Positions 7,934 to 13,561 are shown, numbered from the stretch's first letter. The stretch is 14,070 nucleotides of DNA from Candidatus Methylomirabilis limnetica (GCF_003044035.1 NZ_NVQC01000006.1:1-14070); one strand, 5' to 3'. Program-made: numbers and translations. The notes: a model not told the origin generated them from the sequence alone.

Positions 7934-8011
7934 TAACGCGGGGCTGAGCCGCCGCAAAACGGTCGGTTTCGTGCCCATGGTTCTCCCGGAGCGGAGCGGA
8001 GGGAGAACGCC
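7934..8011. repeat. Repeat family copy 1 (71-nt core plus a 7-nt tail), 46 nt upstream of the hsdM start
   Basis: The sequence is TAACGCGGGGCTGAGCCGCCGCAAAACGGTCGGTTTCGTGCCCATGGTTCTCCCGGAGCGGAGCGGAGGGAGAACGCC. Positions 7934-8004 match 8608-8678 with 3 mismatches, and the tail GAACGCC matches 8726-8732. It contains the small hairpin GTTCTCCC-N13-GGGAGAAC. Confidence 0.85.
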
Positions 8012-8068
8012 TGAACTCACAGGTGCGGCGGTTATTTTGCCGCATCCTGTAGAGTGATTGGTTATGTG

Positions 8069-8272
8069 TTATTTTGTTATTGTTTCTACTATGGAAATGT
8101 CTTTTTTTATCCATTCATTTACTATCGTTGCAACCTCAACACCTTTTTTCTTTGAGAATTTTCTTAGCACTTCCATCATGTCCGGCTCGATATAAATAGG
8201 TAGATACAATTCTGCATCTGGACGATAAAACTTACCTCTCTCACCTTTGGAAAAATCGTATTCTTTTTTCAT
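8069..8272 (-). CDS. Antitoxin in the BrnA position (small CopG/RHH-like protein), partner of BrnT
   Basis: The ORF is 67 aa. The N-terminal MKKEYDFSKGERGKFY is typical of antitoxins encoded downstream of DUF497/BrnT toxins. A GGAGG Shine-Dalgarno sequence lies 8 nt upstream, and the ATG overlaps the brnT stop (ATGA, 8269-8272). Confidence 0.72.
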   Translation of the reverse strand: MKKEYDFSKGERGKFYRPDAELYLPIYIEPDMMEVLRKFSKKKGVEVATIVNEWIKKDISIVETITK

Positions 8273-8568
8273 TTATTTTCCTCCTGATACTGTTTTGATT
8301 CTTTTCTGGTTGCCTTGCGGGCTGAAATAATTCTAATTCTGCAACAGTCGGCATCCAACTGCTGGAAAGTATGTACTACAACCAACAAGATACCATTCCC
8401 GTCAATTCCGATTGTAGCCCATCGGTCTTCGTGTTCGCTATGCTCACTATCAAAAACGGCGATCATTCTTAGATCAAGAAAAATAGTGGATGCTTGCTCA
8501 AAACCAATCCTATGTTTTTTTCGATTTACTTTTGCCTTATTGGGATCCCAGTCAAAATAATAACGCAC
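8269..8568 (-). CDS. brnT: BrnT-family (DUF497) ribonuclease toxin
   Basis: The ORF is 99 aa. It carries FDWDPNKAKVNRKKHRIGFEQASTIF and RIISARKATRKE, the hallmark BrnT motifs. The start is GTG, preceded by GGGAG 6 nt upstream. The gene is AT-rich relative to the window. Confidence 0.88.
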   Translation of the reverse strand: MRYYFDWDPNKAKVNRKKHRIGFEQASTIFLDLRMIAVFDSEHSEHEDRWATIGIDGNGILLVVVHTFQQLDADCCRIRIISARKATRKESKQYQEENK

Positions 8569-8607
8569 TTGTTGCTCCCATTTATATTTCCTTTCTTATT
8601 TTACGTA

Positions 8608-8732
8608 TAACGCGGGGCTGAGCCGCCGCGAAGCGGTCGGTTTCGTGCCCCTGGTTCTCCCGGAGCGGAGCGGAGGGAAGGGGCACCGGCTCAGCCCCGC
8701 GTTCTCCATGAGCGAAGCGAAGGGAGAACGCC
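8608..8732. repeat. Repeat family copy 2 (full-length form) containing a 95-nt imperfect palindrome (8609-8703)
   Basis: The outer arms AACGCGGGGCTGAGCCG (8609-8625) and CGGCTCAGCCCCGCGTT (8687-8703) are perfectly complementary over 17 nt. The inner arms are GTGCCCCT (8645-8652) and AGGGGCAC (8679-8686). There is a mini-hairpin CCGC-GAA-GCGG at 8626-8636, followed by the hairpin CGTTCTCC-N15-GGAGAACG (8700-8730). Confidence 0.85.
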
Positions 8733-8849
8733 GCGCGGATGAGCGGCGGAAGCGGAGTCGAGCTTGCTCGGCGGAGCTGCAGTCCGCTCGATCCGCTGGT
8801 TGACCGTAGCGAAGTGGAGGTCAGCCAGCGGATTCTTGATCCGCGCGGC

Positions 8850-8879
8850 GTTGCCGCTCCGCCGCAGCGGAGCGGCAAC
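8850..8879. other. Perfect 13-bp stem, 4-nt loop hairpin in non-coding GC-rich DNA
   Basis: The hairpin is GTTGCCGCTCCGC-CGCA-GCGGAGCGGCAAC. Neither strand has a downstream T-run, so I am not calling it an intrinsic terminator. Confidence 0.7.
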
Positions 8880-9218
8880 CAGTTATTAGATGGACGGATA
8901 AGTACAGCACAGATTCTTATACACGGTCAAGGTGAAATAAGAACTTGATGTAAACTATAAAGTTCCATTACAAACAGCAATGGCTAATAGGCAATTCACG
9001 GAATATCAAACGTGAAACGCCTACTATGCGGTCCGCGGATTAGTCACTGTTGATTCGCTGCCATATGCTCAGTATTTCGCCAGATATTTTAAAACAATTT
9101 GGCACCGACCTGGAAAAAGGGGCGGCTCCTTTCTCTCTCCGCGCCGAGAAGTTTCGGAGTGCTCCGATGCGTGTGTGCCGGCCAGCCGCTGCAACGAATG
9201 GTTCGGCTGCCTCCACCA

Positions 9219-9507
9219 TCACGTCTCGCTCTCTACCAGGACCAGGTCCCGGTGCGGCATGACAGCCGCGAAAAGCTCCGAGAGTTTCTGGATGGTCGGG
9301 ACTTGATCGGCCCTGCTGATAACGGGCGTAGGCGTTGATGGAAGTGGCGCCAAGACGCTCCGCGACCTGGGCCAGGCTCAAACCGGCGCGCTGTCTGGCG
9401 CGGCGAAGAAGAAAGGCGGTGAGCGTGGGTTGATCCTCTGAAGTGACTTCAAAGTGCTCCCCGGTTCCGGGAAACACCTCGAGCCTGAATCCCGGCCGAT
9501 TGACCAA
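9219..9507 (-). pseudogene. XRE-type HTH antitoxin-like gene, frameshifted near 9300-9306 and lacking an ATG or Shine-Dalgarno sequence
   Basis: The track ORF 9040-9507 begins at TTG directly after an in-frame TAG. It reads GFRLEVFPGTGEHFEVTSEDQPTLTAFLLRRARQRAGLSLAQVAERLGATSINAYARYQQGRS and then becomes P/G/R-rich nonsense. Shifting one frame at about 9305 gives QVPTIQKLSELFAAVMPHRDLVLVESET-stop (stop at 9219-9221), which is the expected end of an HTH_XRE domain. Confidence 0.6.
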
Positions 9508-9727
9508 GGAAATGAACTACCCCGCAGCAAGCTGCAGGGTATCGTCTTCTGTTCTGGCCCGTCATTCCGTGCTTGACACGCCTGCCCCGTACTTGATACG
9601 GGGCCTGCCCCGTACTGGATACGGGGGAATCCGGTCGGGCCCTCTGGATACCGGCGCCTGCCCCGGACCACGATCCGGGGTCCACCGGTATGACGAGCTC
9701 GCGGCAAGCCGCAGGGAATGAACCCCC
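9508..9727. repeat. MITE/REP-like composite structured repeat
   Basis: The element is bounded by GGAAATGAACTACCCC (9508-9523) and GGGAATGAACCCCC (9714-9727). It has GCAGCAAGCTGC-type hairpins at 9519-9538 and about 9695-9713. Three CCTG-prefixed 7-bp hairpins lie at 9585-9603, 9608-9626 and 9661-9680, the last nested inside ATACCGG/CCGGTAT (9648-9654 / 9685-9691). The ORFs across it translate to the low-complexity peptides typical of such repeats. Confidence 0.7.
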
Positions 9728-9795
9728 AGTGGATTCAGGACGTGCGTAGAAATCATGGTCGTGCGGACATCTTTATGCCCCAATCATTCCTGCCG
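9715..9795 (-). pseudogene. Remnant of the extreme C-terminus of an integron-integrase-like tyrosine recombinase
   Basis: The minus strand reads RQE-stop-LGHKDVRTTMISTHVLNPLGVHS. This resembles the conserved ...QELLGHKDV(K/R)TTMIYTHVLN.GG.GV.SP C-terminal block of IntI-type recombinases, which contains the catalytic Tyr; here that Tyr position is Ser. An in-frame TGA interrupts it, and no upstream catalytic domain is present. Confidence 0.5.
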
Positions 9796-9796
9796 G

Positions 9797-10141
9797 TCAC
9801 GGCGCATTCAGGCTTTTCCGTCCAGGCGGTTCACGCTTCTCTTGCTTTGTTACGCTTTTCTTGGCTCTACCTGAAGGTGCGTGCTTCAGCTTTTGGCGTG
9901 TCTGGCCTGGCAGCTTCATGTCCAGGAGCGGCAAAAGTAATTCTCGCCAGTTATCGACCGACCCCATGATACCGTTAATTTCAAGGCTGTCTTCGCCGTA
10001 ATACACCTGGAGCTGTTCGTTGCAGCAGCCGCATTTCAATAGAAACCGGGGGTCTCGCTTCCCCTGTTTAGTCCGATGAAATACTCGGATATCCCAATAA
10101 CCATCCGAGCGGGTTTGGGCAATCTTGCGATTCGTTCCCAT
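9797..10141 (-). CDS. Hypothetical small protein with a CGCC motif and a basic C-terminal tail
   Basis: About 114 aa from ATG 10141, which is preceded by GAGGAAA; the track start at 10153 is TTG. The sequence reads MGTNRKIAQTRSDGYWDIRVFHRTKQGKRDPRFLLKCGCCNEQLQVYYGEDSLEINGIMGSVDNWRELLLPLLD, then a K/R/P-rich tail. I cannot assign a family. Confidence 0.5.
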   Translation of the reverse strand: MGTNRKIAQTRSDGYWDIRVFHRTKQGKRDPRFLLKCGCCNEQLQVYYGEDSLEINGIMGSVDNWRELLLPLLDMKLPGQTRQKLKHAPSGRAKKSVTKQEKREPPGRKSLNAP

Positions 10142-10284
10142 CGATTTCCTCAAGATCTCAACCCCTTCTATCTTCCCCCGCTCACGCTTTCACACGGCAC
10201 CCCGTTGCCATCGCTGTCCAGGCCGCTTACGGCCTGTAGCGGAGGTATGGCTCATCGCTGGAATATCTGTTCCCGCCGGCGGTC

Positions 10285-10536
10285 TTACGCCGCCGTCAGT
10301 CGGATATCGAGAGAGCTCCCGAGGACTCGCGGGACCTTCAGCAGCGTCTCGATAGTGACATTGCCTGCATTGTGTTCGATCCGGCTGATCGCTGCCGCGA
10401 TCTGGGTCTGGCCAGCTTTTGTTACCGACGGAGCGCAGCGAAGCGGCGTCGGGCTCGATGTCCTCGGCCCCAGCGCCTCAAGGCCATGTCGCAAAGCCTG
10501 TCGTGAACATGTCGTAAACATTGTCACAAAGATCAA
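10285..10536 (-). CDS. Short HTH protein resembling the C-terminal two-thirds of HigA-like addiction-module antidote proteins; possibly 5'-truncated
   Basis: The sequence [43 protein letters not shown] fits the helix-turn-helix ...GN.....TLLKV..ALG..L end of that family. Candidate starts are TTG 10536 (overlapping the Fic stop) or ATG 10521, neither with a Shine-Dalgarno sequence. The family's usual N-terminal ~40 aa are absent. Confidence 0.4.
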   Translation of the reverse strand: MIFVTMFTTCSRQALRHGLEALGPRTSSPTPLRCAPSVTKAGQTQIAAAISRIEHNAGNVTIETLLKVPRVLGSSLDIRLTAA

Positions 10537-11582
10537 CCCGGCTCCGCCAGGCGGTAGAGCAGGTGGTGCGTTTCACCTTCGGTGACCAGCAGTCCGACAT
10601 CGACCATGACTTTCAGATCCCGCTGCAGAGACCGACGGTTGACCTCGGGACACAGACGTTCGAAGCCCTGGATAGTCAGGCTGCCGTGCTCAAGAATGTG
10701 TCCAATGGCCTTGGCCTGGCGCTCCGAAAGATCATGCTCCTTGATGAGCACATCCCGTCGGATGGCCTGCTCTCCGCGCTCTCTCACCTCGGTGAGCTGG
10801 GTGGCCAACCCCTCTACGAAGTACTCCAGCCACCCGGTCATTTCCATGCCGCTCCCCCGGACGCTCTGGATCGCGTTATAGAAAGCGGCCCGATCACGGT
10901 CGTAGTACTCGCTGATTGTGAACAGCCGCTTGAAATCGTACCCGGCCCGATAGAGGCTCAATGTAGAGAGCAGCCTGGAGGTGCGGCCGTTGCCGTCCAG
11001 GAACGGGTGGACATGCACAAACTGGAACTGGGCGACGCCGCTCACCAGTACGGGATGAACCTCCTGTTCGCGATTGAGCCAGTCCACCAGCTCCGCCATC
11101 ATGATCGGCACGTCGTGAGCCGGAGGCGGCGTGTAGACCGTCGCACCGGTCACTGAGTTGACCACGTAGTTCTGGATTTTCCGGTACTCGCCAGGAGCCG
11201 CGGCCCCACCACGGACACCTTCGACGAGCCGCTTGTGGATTTCCCTAACCAGTCCCTCAGTGATCGGTCCACTGGTTTCCAGATATTCGGAGACGAAATC
11301 GAAGGCCTTCCGGTAGTTCAGCAGTTCCCGCACGTCGTCGGGGTCTGCCTCGAGGACCGGGTTCCCCTCTAGCAACCGCTTGGCCTGCTCCAGGGTCAGG
11401 CGCGTTCCCTCGATGTGTGTGGTATGGTGGGCTTCCAGGATCAAGGCGCGCCGACCCATCTCACGCACCCAGGCATCGGACAGGGTCGCGGCCTCCAGGA
11501 ACCCCCGGGCCCGCTCGATGCGGGTCAGCCCGGCGGTGATCCGGTTGGTGATCGTGAAAATGGGTTTGAAGCTCTTCGTCAT
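10533..11582 (-). CDS. Fic-family protein (AMPylase-type), class II with an N-terminal inhibitory helix and a C-terminal winged-helix region
   Basis: The ORF is 349 aa. The Fic active-site motif [12 protein letters not shown] is intact. The inhibitory motif (S/T)xxxE(G/N) is present as TTHIEG, upstream of the core. Confidence 0.9.
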   Translation of the reverse strand: MTKSFKPIFTITNRITAGLTRIERARGFLEAATLSDAWVREMGRRALILEAHHTTHIEGTRLTLEQAKRLLEGNPVLEADPDDVRELLNYRKAFDFVSEYLETSGPITEGLVREIHKRLVEGVRGGAAAPGEYRKIQNYVVNSVTGATVYTPPPAHDVPIMMAELVDWLNREQEVHPVLVSGVAQFQFVHVHPFLDGNGRTSRLLSTLSLYRAGYDFKRLFTISEYYDRDRAAFYNAIQSVRGSGMEMTGWLEYFVEGLATQLTEVRERGEQAIRRDVLIKEHDLSERQAKAIGHILEHGSLTIQGFERLCPEVNRRSLQRDLKVMVDVGLLVTEGETHHLLYRLAEPG

Positions 11583-11710
11583 GGAGTAGCGTTGCTTTCT
11601 TTAGATTTCCTGCGGCTACAGATGGAATGCCTAATGCCAGCGGTCACCAGCCGGTTCGCTGAGAAACCATAAGGAAGAGAGCCGGTCTGGTGCACCGCCT
11701 GGTTGGGCCG

Positions 11711-12046
11711 TTAATAAATACATGCATCAAGGATAGATAACACCTCGTCAAGCACAGCATCAGAAGCGGTGCCTATACGCCTGACCTTACGCGTACGATA
11801 ATCTATCGACTTGACCTGTTCAACCATGACGAAACCGGCCACATTCGGATCGTTGGGAATCACCACATGAAATGGGAACCCTCGATCTGTCTTCGTGACA
11901 GGACAGACGATAACGAGGCCGGTATGTTGGTTAAACAGCGTATTGCTGACAACTAAGGCCGGCCGTCTGCCCCTCTGCTCGTGGCCGGACTGCGGATCGA
12001 ACGTAACAGTAACGAAGTCGCCTTTTCTTGGTATGTAGTCGGCCAT
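11711..12046 (-). CDS. mazF: MazF/PemK-family endoribonuclease toxin
   Basis: The ORF is 111 aa. It reads YIPRKGDFVTVTFDPQSGHEQRGRRPALVVS...GLVIVCPVTK...VMVEQVKSIDYR, which is characteristic of the family. Its ATG directly follows the mazE stop (TAAATG). Confidence 0.9.
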   Translation of the reverse strand: MADYIPRKGDFVTVTFDPQSGHEQRGRRPALVVSNTLFNQHTGLVIVCPVTKTDRGFPFHVVIPNDPNVAGFVMVEQVKSIDYRTRKVRRIGTASDAVLDEVLSILDACIY

Positions 12047-12295
12047 TTACCACGATTCTCTGCCGACAGGTTGTCCCCAATCAATTTCTTCCGCTTCATA
12101 GTCGCTGGGGATGCGAGAGACCAGTTTCTGGAGGCTATGTTTTCCACGCACACGCCTCACAGGAGCAATGACGATGACACCATCTTTTGCGCGCACCTCA
12201 ACATCGTCACCAAGCGAGATGTGCGCTTCCTCAAGAACATGCTTGGCCAGGCGAAGTCCTTGGCTATTACCCCATTTTTGGATCTTGGTCACCAC
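12047..12295 (-). CDS. mazE: MazE-type antitoxin (AbrB/SpoVT swapped-hairpin fold)
   Basis: The ORF is 82 aa. It carries TKIQKWGNSQGLRLAKHVLEEAHISLGDDVEV. The start is GTG, with GGAGG 7 nt upstream. Confidence 0.88.
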   Translation of the reverse strand: MVTKIQKWGNSQGLRLAKHVLEEAHISLGDDVEVRAKDGVIVIAPVRRVRGKHSLQKLVSRIPSDYEAEEIDWGQPVGRESW

Positions 12296-12320
12296 AATCG
12301 GCCCTCCTGAGAATATACAT

Positions 12321-12350
12321 GGTATAGCCCTTGACTGAAATCATGTCAAG
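12321..12350 (-). promoter_or_regulatory. Putative sigma70-type promoter of mazEF with an overlapping operator-like palindrome
   Basis: On the minus strand the order is TTGACA (plus coordinates 12344-12349), a 17-nt spacer, then TATACC (12321-12326), about 25 nt upstream of the mazE start. The inverted repeat CTTGAC-N9-GTCAAG (12330-12350) overlaps the -35 element. Confidence 0.45.
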
Positions 12351-12364
12351 TATTGTTATGGTCC

Positions 12365-12397
12365 AATGCGGGGCTGAGCTGCCGCGAAGCGGTCACG
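12365..12397. repeat. Repeat family copy 3 (partial), between the Fic stop and the mazEF promoter
   Basis: AATGCGGGGCTGAGCTGCCGCGAAGCGGTCACG matches the first ~30 nt of copies 1 and 2 (GCGGGGCTGAGCCGCCGCGAAGCGGTC). Confidence 0.75.
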
Positions 12398-13561
12398 TCA
12401 CGATCTCTGTTTTCGCGGCGGCAGGAAGGCCAGAATGATCTCGCGGCGTGCCCGAACTCGAGTACCTCGCTTCTCGATGAGACCCCGATGGATCAATGAA
12501 TTGACGTCGCGGCTAATGGTCTTCGCTTGTTTCGTCGCGTAGGAGGCTGCCAGGCTCGGGCTGAGCTTTGGAATCTCTGCGGTAAGCCAATCGTCATGCT
12601 CCGAGAGATCCAGCACAAGATTCTTCTGTCGCAACTGCGACGCCGACGGTCGTTCCCCGAACTGCTCGTCGACATAGTTACACCATGCTTCGTTCCATTG
12701 CTGCACGCGGATCGCCTCGATCTGGCTGCGCAGCCCGTCGACAAAGCCGGTGGCCGCATATTGGAGGAAGGGAAACACATCACCGCCGGAACTACTCGCA
12801 AACTGTAGCTGCCGATAGTAGTCGGATCGAGTCTGGTTGTAGTGGTTACTCAACAGGTGGGCTGCCGGAGACGGCACTCCCGCACTGAGCAGGATGAAGA
12901 ACTCGACCATGCGCGCGGTCCGGCCGTTGCCATCGCCGAAGGGATGGATCCAAGCGAGATAGAGATGAGCCAGTACGGCGCGGAGTACAGCGAACGCGAT
13001 ACGCTCCTCTTTCGCCGGCCGAAAAACCGGCTCGTTGAGCCACGAGCACAGCTCCTTGAGCAGGAAGTCGCAGTCTTCATGTGGCGCACCTTTGTAGGGC
13101 CCAACCACCACTGAGTAGGGTCGAGTCACCCCTGGTACCACAGTGTCCGGAGGAATCTCGAGGTCCTTCAGTATTGACCGATTGAAGGAGCGGATCCGCT
13201 CAACGGTGAGCTCACCGTCGGACGTCTCGCGATCGCTCGTGATCTCGTTACAGACTTTGACGACATTCTCGATCTCTTGTCGGAGGTACTCCTTGGACTT
13301 CGGCAGGTGCAACTTGCCTTCGAGCAGTTGAAGCACTTCTGCCTCGGTGAGGGTATTGCCTTCGATAGCGGTGGTGGCAAGAACCCCTTTCGCAAGATAG
13401 ACCTGGTGCAGCTTCTGGCCGGTTGCCGGCTTGAGCGGGGTTCCCGCGATGTGCTCACACTTCGACTGGGCCTCGCCGAGACGCAACCAGAGCTCCTTGG
13501 ACGCCCGCCTGAGGTCGAGCTGGAATTTCAACCAGGGGTGTGTCCGTTCGTATGGCCGCAT
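12398..13561 (-). CDS. Fic-family protein, class II (second copy, divergent from the first)
   Basis: About 387 aa from ATG 13561; the track start at 13564 is TTG. The active-site motif HPFGDGNGRTAR is intact. The inhibitory motif is TTAIEGN. The C-terminal region looks winged-helix-like (ISRDVNSLIHRGLIEKRG). Confidence 0.9.
   Translation of the reverse strand: MRPYERTHPWLKFQLDLRRASKELWLRLGEAQSKCEHIAGTPLKPATGQKLHQVYLAKGVLATTAIEGNTLTEAEVLQLLEGKLHLPKSKEYLRQEIENVVKVCNEITSDRETSDGELTVERIRSFNRSILKDLEIPPDTVVPGVTRPYSVVVGPYKGAPHEDCDFLLKELCSWLNEPVFRPAKEERIAFAVLRAVLAHLYLAWIHPFGDGNGRTARMVEFFILLSAGVPSPAAHLLSNHYNQTRSDYYRQLQFASSSGGDVFPFLQYAATGFVDGLRSQIEAIRVQQWNEAWCNYVDEQFGERPSASQLRQKNLVLDLSEHDDWLTAEIPKLSPSLAASYATKQAKTISRDVNSLIHRGLIEKRGTRVRARREIILAFLPPRKQRS

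Noticed and set aside
8024-8047. Hairpin TGCGGC-N9-GCCGCA downstream of the brnT-antitoxin pair as its terminator
   Set aside because: The stem is only 6 bp, and no U-tract follows on the minus strand. The evidence is insufficient.
7917-8114. 65-aa minus-strand ORF, and the 98-aa ORF at 8582-8878, sharing SAPLREN(H/Q)GHETDRFAAAQPRV
   Set aside because: The shared peptide is simply the translation of repeat copies 1 and 2. The rest is R/S/P-rich, and neither has a Shine-Dalgarno sequence or a plausible domain.
9040-9507. 155-aa ORF treated as one intact protein
   Set aside because: Only the first ~68 codons look protein-like. The proper HTH C-terminus is in another frame, so I report a frameshifted pseudogene ending at 9219.
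9580-9691. Possible mini CRISPR array, because of repeated CCTGCCCCG... hairpin units
   Set aside because: The units are about 19-23 nt with essentially no unique spacers (two are directly tandem). Spacing is irregular, there are only three copies, and no cas genes are present.
9378-9783. ORFs 9378-9707, 9449-9685, 9443-9721 and the body of 9562-9783
   Set aside because: They run through the MITE-like hairpin repeats and encode G/P/R-rich repeat-derived peptides. Only the first 23 codons of 9562-9783 (the integrase fossil) carry signal.
7931-9795. Calling a functional integron (intI plus attI plus cassettes)
   Set aside because: Only a 23-codon integrase fragment with an internal stop exists. 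Its orientation relative to the array is not the canonical divergent one, no attI or Pc is identifiable, and the 7-mer R-box matches are weak on their own. I kept it only as a hypothesis of a decayed or CALIN-like array.
10076-10585. 169-aa plus-strand ORF
   Set aside because: It is antisense to the 114-aa ORF, an intergenic region and the HTH ORF. The product is P/R/S-rich with no motif, and there is no Shine-Dalgarno sequence.
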